Shown here piece after piece: positions 1-9,604 of a stretch of 39,864 nt of DNA. The stretch's first letter is position 1; each line of letters starts with the position of its first letter. The position numbers and the translations under genes were made by a program. Under the pieces are notes generated by a model. That model was not told the origin of the DNA. It did no database searches and saw nothing but the letters and a program-made list of their open reading frames with translations. This DNA is from Gammaproteobacteria bacterium. Its GTDB lineage: Bacteria > Pseudomonadota > Gammaproteobacteria > SZUA-229. The stretch spans positions 1 to 39,864 of the forward strand of contig JAOUPA010000002.1 in assembly GCA_029880105.1 (NCBI GenBank), read 5' to 3'.

Positions 1-1688
1 CGAGTGCCTGTATCCGTCTGCTGGATAGCCCTAAGAGTACGCTCGAAGAATTGTGTGAGCATATCCAGGGGCCGGATTTTCCTACCGAGGCGGAGATAGT
101 GACTTCACGCGCTGATATTCTCGAGACCTATCGTACAGGTCACGGCAGTATTCGCCAGCGCGCACGTTATGAAACAGAAGACGGCGCCGTTATTATCACC
201 GCACTGCCTTACCGTGTTTCTGGTAACAAGGTACTTGAACAGATCGCGCAGCAGATGATTGCGAAAAAATTGCCGATGGTAGAAGATCTGCGTGATGAGT
301 CGGATCACGAAAATCCAACACGTCTGGTAATTGTGCCGCGTTCTAATCGTATCAATATTGAAGAGCTGATGAATCATTTATTCGCGACCACTGATCTCGA
401 ATCCAGTTATCGCGTTAATATGAATATGATTGGTATTAATGGCCGGCCTCAGGTCAAAGATCTGAGAATGGTGATAGATGAGTGGCTCAAGTTCCGTCAG
501 GTCACCGTCCGTCGTCGCCTACAGTGGCGCCTGGACAAGGTCAACGCCCGTCTGCATATCCTCGACGGCCTGTTAATTGCCTTTCTGAATATCGACGAAG
601 TCATCGCAATTATTCGTGAAAACGATAAGCCAAAACCAGTTTTGATGAAGCGTTTTAAAATTACCGATATTCAGGCTGAAGCCATTCTGGAATTGAAGTT
701 GCGTCATCTGGCCAAACTTGAAGAAATGAAGATTCGCGGCGAGCAGGAAGAGCTGGCAAAAGAGCGTGAGCAACTAGAGAAAATTCTTGGTTCCGCAACA
801 CGCCTGAAGACACTGATACGTAAAGAGATTATGGAAGATGCTGAGAAATATGGTGATGATCGTCGCTCGCCGATCGTTGAGCGTAGTGCGGCACAGGCGC
901 TGGATGAAAGTGTACTGATTTCCAGTGAGCCAATTACCGTTGTACTCTCCGCCAAAGGCTGGGCACGTGCAGCCAAAGGTCATGAGATTGATGCAGAAAA
1001 ACTTAGTTACAAATCGGGTGACCAGTTCCTGGCTTCGGCGATTGGACGTAGTAATCAGATGGCGGTCTTCATTGATTCTACTGGTCGTGCCTACACCTTG
1101 CCAGCACACAAACTACCTTCGGCCCGAGGCCAGGGCGACCCATTGACCAGTTATTTTACACTACCGTCGGGTGCCCATTTCGTATCCGCGATGATGGGGC
1201 AACTGGATGATCTCTATTTGTTAAGCAGTAACTTTGGTTATGGTTTTGTTGTACGCATGGAAGACATGCAGGCCAAAACAAAATCCGGTAAGGCAGTAAT
1301 TAACGTTGGTAAAGAGGCCAGGGTATTAGCACCGGTAAAAGTGCGTGACCTGAAAAATGAACAGATCGTTGCGGTCAGCTCCGAAGGTCATATGGTCGTG
1401 ACTTCACTTGCGCAGTTACCACAGATGGCGAAGGGTAAGGGTAATAAAATTATCAATGTACCCGGTAAGAAGCTTAAATCGGGTGAGGAGACGATTGTTG
1501 CTGCGACTCTAATCAAGCCGGATGAAAAGCTGATTGTGCACTCGGGTAAGCAGCACAAAATTATGAAGCCCTCAGAGCTGGAAATATATGCAGGTGAAAG
1601 GGGAAGACGAGGTCTGAAGTTGCCTAAAGGATATCGTAATGTGGATGCACTGGTGGTTGAGTATAAAGCTGAAAAAGAACAGGGCTAA
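1..1688 (+). CDS. parC: DNA topoisomerase IV subunit A, C-terminal ~560 aa (5' end outside window)
   Basis: The frame is open from nt 3 to the TAA at 1686-1688. The translation ([20 protein letters not shown]...[27 protein letters not shown]...[21 protein letters not shown]) closely parallels the E. coli ParC middle and C-terminal region. Confidence 0.93.
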   Translation, partial: SACIRLLDSPKSTLEELCEHIQGPDFPTEAEIVTSRADILETYRTGHGSIRQRARYETEDGAVIITALPYRVSGNKVLEQIAQQMIAKKLPMVEDLRDESDHENPTRLVIVPRSNRINIEELMNHLFATTDLESSYRVNMNMIGINGRPQVKDLRMVIDEWLKFRQVTVRRRLQWRLDKVNARLHILDGLLIAFLNIDEVIAIIRENDKPKPVLMKRFKITDIQAEAILELKLRHLAKLEEMKIRGEQEELAKEREQLEKILGSATRLKTLIRKEIMEDAEKYGDDRRSPIVERSAAQALDESVLISSEPITVVLSAKGWARAAKGHEIDAEKLSYKSGDQFLASAIGRSNQMAVFIDSTGRAYTLPAHKLPSARGQGDPLTSYFTLPSGAHFVSAMMGQLDDLYLLSSNFGYGFVVRMEDMQAKTKSGKAVINVGKEARVLAPVKVRDLKNEQIVAVSSEGHMVVTSLAQLPQMAKGKGNKIINVPGKKLKSGEETIVAATLIKPDEKLIVHSGKQHKIMKPSELEIYAGERGRRGLKLPKGYRNVDALVVEYKAEKEQG

Positions 1689-1931
1689 TTTCCTGTATTC
1701 CTAGTTGAGACTGCAGATAGATTGTATGCTTTTCAAGTTTATTGGTAGATGTGCTAAAGAGACTTTGTAATAATCTTTTCTAACCCGGATGAAAAATTGA
1801 AGGATCTGTTGGCGAAAAAATGACGCATGTTTAGCGCTGGTGAATCAGGACTTTAGTTGCATTCTCCCCTATACTATAGTCTGGATTTTAAAAAAGAAAT
1901 CTAGTTTTGAGGAGCCTTGGTACCCTGTAAT

Positions 1932-3782
1932 ATGGATAATCAGTATTTTTATTCCTATTTACATAAGCAAATTCCGGTAATGATAATTCTATCGTTATTT
2001 CCGGGGTTGGGTTATGTTATGCTTAGCTGGATGCATGGAATTCCTTTACGGGCCATTACCTGGTATGTGGGTATTGTACTGGTTTCTATCTGGGGATATC
2101 GTATATACAGACGATACCTTGATAATAACCTCAGTAATGTACAACTGAAATTATGGTATAAAAATCTCAAGCTGTTCTACTACGTATTTATTCTGTTATG
2201 GCTGGTAATTTTTTTACTTTTTATACCAGAGAGTAAATCAAATCTTCACTATATTGCGATATTTACTGAAATTGGGGCTTCCGTTGTTGCTTCAGTTTTA
2301 TTGATCCCAGACAAAAAACTTTTCAAGCCTACAGTCATTGTTTTGATGGCGCCATTGGCGATTTATTTCCTGTTGATCGGTGAATGGTATGGATATGTGT
2401 TGTCAATATTTGCCTGTGTTTTTACCTGGGTTCTAATATACGCAGCAGAAAGTAGCCACAAGTTGCTAATGCAAACTAACTATCTGGCTAATCACGATTC
2501 GTTAACAGGTCTGAAGAATCGATATTATTTTATTAATTATCTGCAAAGCATGATGAATTCATTGCAGATTTCAAATAAATGGTCATATTTGTTATTGATT
2601 GATCTTGATCATTTTAAAACGATCAATGATTCACTGGGTCATGATATCGGCGACCGTTTGTTGCAACAAGTTGCCGCCAGGATCAATGAAAGCAAACATG
2701 ATGATAGTTTGCTGGCGAGGCTAGGTGGTGATGAGTTCGTTATTATTGGTATAGAACATGATACTAAGGAAGAGTGTAGGGCGGAGGCTGAGATACTGGC
2801 CGAGAAAATACTAGTTATACTCAAGGAGAGTTATTCTATACAGCTGCACAATCTTTTTATTAGTGCCAGCATTGGTGTTAGTTTGATTAATGGAAAAAAT
2901 AACGACGCGGGACGCCTAATTAAGGAGGCCGACATTGCTATGTATGAGGCCAAGGAGCATGGACGTGATGGTGTTATTGTATTTGATGACGAGATGGAAC
3001 AGCGTGTTGAATATAATCTTGAAATCGAAAGATTGTTACATTTTTCAATTGAAAATAATGAGATATCTTTGGTTTATCAGCCTCAGTTTAATGAACAAGG
3101 AAAGGTCATGGGTGCTGAGGCACTGGTTCGCTGGAACAATGAAAATCTTGGTGAGATTAGGCCTGATGTATTTATACCTATTGCAGAGAAAACAGGATCA
3201 ATTATTGTGCTTGGGCGTTTTATTATGGAAACGGCTTTCCGTACCTTGAGCATTTGGGAGAAGAGTGGGATTTCTATTCAACAATTTTCTGTCAATGTCA
3301 GTATGCGGCAGTTTTTTTACTATGATTTTGTCGATGATGTGCGATTGTTATGCAAAGAGTATTTAACAGATCAAACAAGAAAAAAAATAATTTTCGAGAT
3401 AACGGAAAGCATTGTTGCTGAGGATGTGGATAAGGTTGTCCACATTATGGACGAGATAAGGCTATTAGGTATTCGTTTTTCTATGGATGACTTTGGTACG
3501 GGTTATAGCTCATTAAGTTATTTAAAACGGCTTCCGATTGATGAGATAAAAATTGACCGCTCTTTTATTTCTGAGTTAAATGCCGGTGCCAATGACCAGA
3601 TTATGGTCAGTAGTATATTGAATATGGCTAAACAGTTTAATTTGACTGTTGTTTCTGAGGGTGTTGAAACAAAAGATCAATTTGAACTGTTACGATCGAA
3701 GCAGTGTGATTATTATCAGGGGTTTTATTTTTCCACGCCATTAACAGACAGTGAGTTTCAGGATTTTTATAAAAATAATTGA
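1932..3782 (+). CDS. Membrane-anchored diguanylate cyclase/phosphodiesterase: about 6 TM helices, GGDEF and EAL domains
   Basis: The N-terminal ~190 aa contain six hydrophobic segments. GGDEF signature is intact (LARLGGDEFVIIG), as are EAL (GAEALVRW), DDFGTGYSSL and EGVET. The ORF opens at a TTG at 1917. ATG 1932 (MDNQYF) is preferred but the start is uncertain. A GAGGAG sits at ~1909-1914. Confidence 0.85.
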   Translation: MDNQYFYSYLHKQIPVMIILSLFPGLGYVMLSWMHGIPLRAITWYVGIVLVSIWGYRIYRRYLDNNLSNVQLKLWYKNLKLFYYVFILLWLVIFLLFIPESKSNLHYIAIFTEIGASVVASVLLIPDKKLFKPTVIVLMAPLAIYFLLIGEWYGYVLSIFACVFTWVLIYAAESSHKLLMQTNYLANHDSLTGLKNRYYFINYLQSMMNSLQISNKWSYLLLIDLDHFKTINDSLGHDIGDRLLQQVAARINESKHDDSLLARLGGDEFVIIGIEHDTKEECRAEAEILAEKILVILKESYSIQLHNLFISASIGVSLINGKNNDAGRLIKEADIAMYEAKEHGRDGVIVFDDEMEQRVEYNLEIERLLHFSIENNEISLVYQPQFNEQGKVMGAEALVRWNNENLGEIRPDVFIPIAEKTGSIIVLGRFIMETAFRTLSIWEKSGISIQQFSVNVSMRQFFYYDFVDDVRLLCKEYLTDQTRKKIIFEITESIVAEDVDKVVHIMDEIRLLGIRFSMDDFGTGYSSLSYLKRLPIDEIKIDRSFISELNAGANDQIMVSSILNMAKQFNLTVVSEGVETKDQFELLRSKQCDYYQGFYFSTPLTDSEFQDFYKNN

Positions 3783-3788
3783 TACATT

Positions 3789-3806
3789 CGCTATAAAAAT
3801 ATAGCG
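3789..3806. terminator. Short AT-rich hairpin in the 48-nt spacer between convergent genes (possible weak bidirectional terminator)
   Basis: cgctata-aaaa-tatagcg forms a perfect 7-bp inverted repeat with a 4-nt loop. There is no strong U-tract. Confidence 0.3.
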
Positions 3807-3830
3807 CCAATTTATCCTTGTTGCCTGGCC

Positions 3831-5924
3831 TTAGCCTCCCATGTCTGTAAAGTCATAAGTCATTTCAGGTGAAGGTTCCTGCAGGAAGTATCCCTGAATG
3901 AAATTAACCCCCATGCCCCACAATACAGAAAGACTTGCAGCATCAGGGACAAACTGCGTGATCGTTAGCTTGCCACGTTCAGTCGCCTGTTCGGCGAGTC
4001 GTTGAACAGTTTCCTGATGCTGCGCATTCTCGGTGATATCATCCATAAAGCTTCGATCAAGGCGAATATAATCGACATCGATATGATCGAGTAGCTGGAA
4101 TGGGTTGGCGCCTGTGCCGAAATCGTCCAGTACAAAACCGCATTTAATTTTTCTGAGATTTTCGCACAGAATTTTAGTGTATTTCAGATTGGTTACTGCA
4201 GCCGCTTCCTTTACCTCAAAAATAAGGCAGTCTGGTGGCAACTGTTTTTCCTTGATCTGGTAATCAAGCCAGCCAATCAGTGTGTCATCTTTCAGTGATG
4301 GCGCTGAAAGCTTGATAAAGAAACGTGTGCGGTTGCCTTTTTTCCAGCGATCATGCAGTACCTGAATAGTGCGTGTTAGTACCCATCGATCAACTGCAAT
4401 GGCCATGCCGATGCGTTCGGCTGTTGGGAAAAAATCCTGTGGCATGATTAGCGTGTCGTCATCGGCTTTCATGCGCACAAATACTTCATAGCGTTCATCG
4501 GTATCGCCATGTAAGCTGACAATAGGCTGGTAATAGAGCACGAATTTGTTGTTTTTGATTGAGTCGGTGATCTGGCTGCGGAATCTGGAATCTGCTTCGT
4601 GACGTGTCAGCTCTCCTTCCTTCGGTATATAGATACTGATCTGGTTTGTGCCGTTGGTCACTGCTTCATCGGAGGCTTTTTCAGTACGCGCCAGCACCTC
4701 ATTGCACTCAGGTGAGTTTTTATCGATCAGTGCAACCCCGATGCTGCAGGTAGCATTAACTTTTTCTTCGCTGATTTCGAATTCAAAGTCACCAATTTTG
4801 TTCTGTATTTCTCGGGCGTAGCTATCTATGCTGTCTTTGTCATGATTGCGTGCAATGATGGTGAAACTGGCATGTGTGTAGCGTGACAGGATGTCGTTTT
4901 CATGGATGGCGTTCTGTAACTCCTTGGCGACGGCAACGATATATTTATCAGCCCCAACTACCCCGATTCCATTTTTGATGCTGTCGAAATTATCAATGCG
5001 TATTTCCATGATGGCAGCGTTATTTTCACCTTTTTCACATTCGGAAATAACATTTTCCAGTTCTTCTACACAGTGCTGACGATTATACAGACCGGTCAGC
5101 TGGTCTTTCTGGCTAAGCAGTTTTAACTGGCGTTCAAGTTCCTCGCTGCTGACGTCTTCTTTACGAATAACCACCTGTATGCACGGCTCACCCTCGATGC
5201 GTGCAGCAGAAAATTCCATTTCACCGTCAAACTCCTTGCCATTGAATTTGTGCAGTCGTGTTTTGAGTTTTTCCAGGCCGCTCTCTTCTTTCTTCATATA
5301 GTCGCGAAGGAATTCCTTAAATTCATCACGGTTGTCATGGGCCACCATATCCAGAATTGGGATGCCTTCCAGGTCATCTGACTGTTCGATTTCGAACATG
5401 CTCAGGTAGGATTCATTGGAATAAACGTGCATGCCTTCGTGGATGTAGGCGATGGCATCACGGGAGCTATCGAGCAGTGAGTTACAGCGGCGCTCTGATT
5501 CATCCAGGGCTTTTTTCAGGAAGTCATTTTGTTTCCAGTTGCGGTAAGCCTTGACCTCACGCTGGATAACCTGCATCAGGTGTTTCAGGTTCTTATAAGA
5601 AGAAAGATCTACGGCACCGGCTGACATGGCTTCACTGACATTGGATATAGACTCAGTTTTGTCGACAGCAATGACGGGTATAGGAGCTTTGTTGGTGTTT
5701 TCGCTGATAACCTTGCAGGCATCCTTAAGGCTGATCAACTCCATGCCCTGTGAGTACAAGACCAGGTCGGGGTGTTGGGATTTTATTGCTTCAATTAAAT
5801 CCTCATCGTCTTCAACGCGTGTTGATCTGGCGGCATAGCCCAGCGTTCTCATCGTGCTGATGATTTTTTGTTCGGTATCGAAGGAATCGTCGACAATAAT
5901 CAGGTTAATGGTTTTTTCGGCCAT
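3831..5924 (-). CDS. FimX-like c-di-GMP sensor: REC lacking the acceptor Asp, PAS, degenerate GGDEF, EAL-like domain
   Basis: 697 aa. The N-terminal receiver fold (NLIIVDDSFD...HPDLVLYSQGM) has Tyr/Ser where the phospho-acceptor Asp is expected. The GGDEF position reads THASF (LSRYTHASFTII). The EAL position reads EVF (ERYEVFVRM). DDFGTG is retained and EGVE is replaced by QFVPD. Confidence 0.8.
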   Translation of the reverse strand: MAEKTINLIIVDDSFDTEQKIISTMRTLGYAARSTRVEDDEDLIEAIKSQHPDLVLYSQGMELISLKDACKVISENTNKAPIPVIAVDKTESISNVSEAMSAGAVDLSSYKNLKHLMQVIQREVKAYRNWKQNDFLKKALDESERRCNSLLDSSRDAIAYIHEGMHVYSNESYLSMFEIEQSDDLEGIPILDMVAHDNRDEFKEFLRDYMKKEESGLEKLKTRLHKFNGKEFDGEMEFSAARIEGEPCIQVVIRKEDVSSEELERQLKLLSQKDQLTGLYNRQHCVEELENVISECEKGENNAAIMEIRIDNFDSIKNGIGVVGADKYIVAVAKELQNAIHENDILSRYTHASFTIIARNHDKDSIDSYAREIQNKIGDFEFEISEEKVNATCSIGVALIDKNSPECNEVLARTEKASDEAVTNGTNQISIYIPKEGELTRHEADSRFRSQITDSIKNNKFVLYYQPIVSLHGDTDERYEVFVRMKADDDTLIMPQDFFPTAERIGMAIAVDRWVLTRTIQVLHDRWKKGNRTRFFIKLSAPSLKDDTLIGWLDYQIKEKQLPPDCLIFEVKEAAAVTNLKYTKILCENLRKIKCGFVLDDFGTGANPFQLLDHIDVDYIRLDRSFMDDITENAQHQETVQRLAEQATERGKLTITQFVPDAASLSVLWGMGVNFIQGYFLQEPSPEMTYDFTDMGG

Positions 5925-5994
5925 TGTTATTTAAACACCCATTAATGTGCCTGCACAGCATGAGTTTCGGTAGTGTGCAGGTCGTAGTTAGTTG

Positions 5995-7815
5995 TTACAG
6001 CGAGGACCAGATTTCATCGAAATCGTCCTTTTTCTTTTCAGCTTCCTGTTTTTTCTCAATTTTCTTCTGCTGTTTGTCCTGGTCAATATGGATAAACTCG
6101 AACTGGGTGAATGAACCAGTATGTTCTTTCCTGTCGCTCAGTTTTATCTCTATATGCTGCTCAAAGACTTCAACCTTTAGTTTATCACCTGTTTTGAATG
6201 CGTGCGCAGGTAATACAATGGTCGCTGGCTGATTGAGTGGCCTGATCCCCGGAATCATTAGCGCATCGAAGGGAGTCTCATCTGGCCGGTGCAGGCGGTG
6301 CACCCTGGCGGCAATTACCTTGGGAGAGATTACCTGTACACCAATTTCGAGGCCATGCTTGGCAGTAAATTGCATCCAGCGGATGGTACCGACGCGCCAT
6401 TCGTATTGGCCGTTGGCTTCGCGTTCCTGAATAGCAATAAGCTCACCGATCTGCGCCTTGGATGTGGTGTCCGAATTCCATCGCAGGCAGTAACCACCAG
6501 CACTGATATTGACGATTTCCCAGTGCAGGTCATCATCTTCCTTATTTAGTTTGAGCGCTGCCTCTGCCATTAATTTTTGCTGGCGATCAAAGGCATCGGT
6601 CATGGCCCTGCCCTTGGCAACCATATCCCATGCGTCATTTGAGTCACCATTGATTTCAGTGTGGGTCATATAGCCAGATTTTTCATTGGCCATTGCCCTG
6701 TATTCCTCAGGGATGGTTTCCAGGGTAAAGCTGCCCTCCATATTCATGGCACTGGACATGGATTCTTGTGAGCCTGGAGTACTACCTTCTCTGATCACTT
6801 TGGCTGCGTGTGACAGACCAATGGCTGCGACCACGTGCCCCTGGCTGCCGGCCCTGGAGAATCGGCGTTTGGGCATCACGCCCCAGGACATGGCGAGTGA
6901 TTTTAACGTTTCTGTCGACAGGTTATCGCCAACGGTAATGGTGTCCTGTTTATGTAATGAGCTGCTGATTTCTTTGCGGATATTATCGACCAGGTCGGCA
7001 GTTTCCAGTGTGAAGACCTTATTTTCACTGTTGCAGTCATTCAGGCCCAGGTAGGAAGGTGGGCGATCTTCTTCGATGCGGGCACAAAAGAAGCGATCAA
7101 TCTGGTTCTCCTGAGTTTGTACACCGAGGTTTGTCTGTTTAACCCACTCATAGAGTTTTTTGTAAACACGTTCACTATCGCTTTGGCGCAGGGCAGTAGG
7201 GCGAGATAAAGAAAACAGTAGCATGTGTTTATAAATATCTTCAATGGTAGTTTTCTGGATGGGACTTTCGTTATCATTGACGACATTTCTATGCAATTTA
7301 TTATCAACAGCGTAGGCGAACATCTGGTGTGCATCTTGCCAGGTGTTGTCAGGTACTGAAGCGTATATTTCGCTGGCCCGGAGTAGTAGTTCTGACAGAT
7401 AGGTGGTTGCTCGTGCAATAGCTATGCTCTGGCTCTTATCGTCAACCTTGTCACTTTTATCATCGGCCTGTTTGATGATGATTTTGTAGCTCAGTGCCAT
7501 CTCCTGTAACAGTGACTGATTGAGATTGACGATCTTTTTGCTTTTTTCGGGTAGTGGAAAGGTACGGTTGATAAAATATTTTTTCAGGTTATTGAAAATG
7601 CTGCGGCAAGGTTCGCGTAACATTTCCATGATTTCGAGGCGTTGTTTTGCCGGAATTTTTGTACGGTTGAGTTCCCGAATGGCGCTAAAAATCTGCTTGG
7701 TAATTTCTCCCATATTGGCCTGCGGTAAATCAGCCAGCCATTTTTTTACTTTTTTGGGATGGGTTGGGTAACCTCCATCGCGGGCATCAGATTGTTCGGG
7801 TATATGTAATTTCAT
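5995..7815 (-). CDS. 606-aa conserved hypothetical protein with a PilZ-like C-terminal region and a Lys/Glu-rich tail
   Basis: Long uninterrupted ORF ending 70 nt upstream of the FimX-like gene on the same strand. It contains RRFSR (aa 317-321, an RxxxR motif) and NISAGG (aa 436-441, a D/NxSxxG motif), followed by strand-like segments (YCLRW, WRVGTIRW, LEIGVQVI). No closer family was recognised. Confidence 0.7.
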   Translation of the reverse strand: MKLHIPEQSDARDGGYPTHPKKVKKWLADLPQANMGEITKQIFSAIRELNRTKIPAKQRLEIMEMLREPCRSIFNNLKKYFINRTFPLPEKSKKIVNLNQSLLQEMALSYKIIIKQADDKSDKVDDKSQSIAIARATTYLSELLLRASEIYASVPDNTWQDAHQMFAYAVDNKLHRNVVNDNESPIQKTTIEDIYKHMLLFSLSRPTALRQSDSERVYKKLYEWVKQTNLGVQTQENQIDRFFCARIEEDRPPSYLGLNDCNSENKVFTLETADLVDNIRKEISSSLHKQDTITVGDNLSTETLKSLAMSWGVMPKRRFSRAGSQGHVVAAIGLSHAAKVIREGSTPGSQESMSSAMNMEGSFTLETIPEEYRAMANEKSGYMTHTEINGDSNDAWDMVAKGRAMTDAFDRQQKLMAEAALKLNKEDDDLHWEIVNISAGGYCLRWNSDTTSKAQIGELIAIQEREANGQYEWRVGTIRWMQFTAKHGLEIGVQVISPKVIAARVHRLHRPDETPFDALMIPGIRPLNQPATIVLPAHAFKTGDKLKVEVFEQHIEIKLSDRKEHTGSFTQFEFIHIDQDKQQKKIEKKQEAEKKKDDFDEIWSSL

Positions 7816-7928
7816 CGTATTTTATTATTCCGTGCTTCTCCATCACACTGTTGGTGGATGAAGCCAGTTATTAATTGCCAGAGATACACCAAATTCCCAA
7901 TAAAATCAGGTGTTCAGTGAAGTCTAGC

Positions 7929-8945
7929 TCATATATTAGAAATTGCTGTTTTTGAGCTGGCTCCTTTTTCCTCTACTACCAGTCTGGGTACCAGGTAACC
8001 AGGTAATTGCGAACGCATATTATCAACAATTTTGCTGGCTTTTTCACGGTTTACATCAAAATGAAGGCCGCCTCTTACCTGGTCGAGTAGATGCAGGTAA
8101 TAAGGTGTTACACCAGCATCGTGAAGCCGGTGGCTCAGGTCAACCAGAGTAGCAGCATTGTCATTAATATTTTTGAGTAAAACGCTTTGATTCAGCAGGC
8201 CAACGTTGCTGTTTTTCAGGGCCTGAATGGCCATAAATTCTTCATTCCCCAGTTCATTGGCATGGTTGGCATGGATAACCACGGTGATACGGAAGCGGGA
8301 GCTTTTCATCCAATCCAGAAGAGAGGGGGTAATGCGAGCAGGTAGTACCACTGGCAGGCGAGTATGCAAGCGTAACCACTTGATGTGTGGAATATTTTCC
8401 AAATCTCGGCAGAGTGCAGACAGCTTGTCATCATCCAGCATCAGGGGGTCGCCACCACTCAGAATGACTTCGTGAATTTCATCATGTTGCTGCAAATACG
8501 CCAGTGTTTCTGACCACTGTGAAGATAGGGCCTGTGCATCCGAATAGGGGAAGTGGCGACGAAAGCAATAGCGGCAGTGAATGGCACAGGCTGCCGTAGT
8601 GATGATCAGGGCCCGGCCATGATATTTATGAAGCAGCCCCAAAGATGGCATGGCCTCAAGGTCACCAACAGGATCGAGTATACCTGAGGGGTGATTTTCC
8701 AGCAGGGTCGGCAGAATTTGCAGCAGTAGCGGGTCCTTAGGGTCACCTTTACTGATTTTATTTATGTAGGCCTGGGGTACGCGCAGGCGAAAGCCAGATT
8801 CGAAGTCGGTATTTTCTTTGAGTAAATGCTCAAGATCGAGCTGTCGCAATAACTCGGCGGGTGATGAAATGGCCTCGGCAAGTTGCTTTTTCCATTCACT
8901 TTTAGTGATGGCGCGATCAATAGGGGGAAAAGGGAGTACGTGCAT
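7929..8945 (-). CDS. epmB: EF-P beta-lysylation protein EpmB (lysine 2,3-aminomutase-like radical SAM enzyme, YjeK)
   Basis: Radical-SAM CxxxCxxC motif (CAIHCRYCFRRHFPY), SGGDPL, and an overall KamA/YjeK-like sequence. The gene is divergent from efp. Confidence 0.9.
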   Translation of the reverse strand: MHVLPFPPIDRAITKSEWKKQLAEAISSPAELLRQLDLEHLLKENTDFESGFRLRVPQAYINKISKGDPKDPLLLQILPTLLENHPSGILDPVGDLEAMPSLGLLHKYHGRALIITTAACAIHCRYCFRRHFPYSDAQALSSQWSETLAYLQQHDEIHEVILSGGDPLMLDDDKLSALCRDLENIPHIKWLRLHTRLPVVLPARITPSLLDWMKSSRFRITVVIHANHANELGNEEFMAIQALKNSNVGLLNQSVLLKNINDNAATLVDLSHRLHDAGVTPYYLHLLDQVRGGLHFDVNREKASKIVDNMRSQLPGYLVPRLVVEEKGASSKTAISNI

Positions 8946-9031
8946 AAGTGAAAATTGAACCTATTCAGGGTATGATTGCGCCGATTTGCTATTTAACATG
9001 ATTATTAACCATTCAGTGGCAGCTTAACAAT

Positions 9032-9595
9032 ATGGCGACATACAGCACAAACCAATTTAAAAACGGCCTGAAAATTATGTGGGATGGCGACCCATGCTCC
9101 ATAGTTGAGAATATTCTGGTCAAGCCGGGCAAGGGTCAGGCATTTAATCGCGTCAAAATGCGAAACCTGAAAACGGGACGCACCCTTGAGAAAACTTTTA
9201 AATCGACCGAAAGTGTAGAAGCAGCCGATGTTGAAGACCGTGGTGTTGATTTTTTGTATTCCGATGGTGAAAGCTGGCACTTTATGGAGCCGGATACGTT
9301 TGAACAATTTGCTGCCGATGCCGTGGCGGTCGGTGATGCGGCCAAGTGGATCAAAGGCCAGGAGCACTGTGTCATGACCCTGTGGAATAATGTGCCTATC
9401 TCGATTACGCCACCTAATTTTGTTGAGCTGGTGGTGACCCAGACCGATCCAGGCCTGAAAGGTGATACCGCTCAGGGTGGCACCAAACCGGCAACACTGG
9501 AAACTGGTACGGAGGTTAAAGTGCCTCTGTTTGTCGAAGAAGGTAATGTACTGAAGATCGATACACGTACTGGTGAGTATGTATCCAGGGCATAA
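9032..9595 (+). CDS. efp: Translation elongation factor P
   Basis: 187 aa, [46 protein letters not shown]. The conserved loop PGKGQAF places a Lys at position 34. Confidence 0.96.
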   Translation: MATYSTNQFKNGLKIMWDGDPCSIVENILVKPGKGQAFNRVKMRNLKTGRTLEKTFKSTESVEAADVEDRGVDFLYSDGESWHFMEPDTFEQFAADAVAVGDAAKWIKGQEHCVMTLWNNVPISITPPNFVELVVTQTDPGLKGDTAQGGTKPATLETGTEVKVPLFVEEGNVLKIDTRTGEYVSRA

Positions 9596-9604
9596 TTTAT
9601 TGTA

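Noticed and set aside
9005-9367. 120-aa minus-strand ORF overlapping the efp start region
   Set aside because: It is antisense to efp and has no recognisable features.
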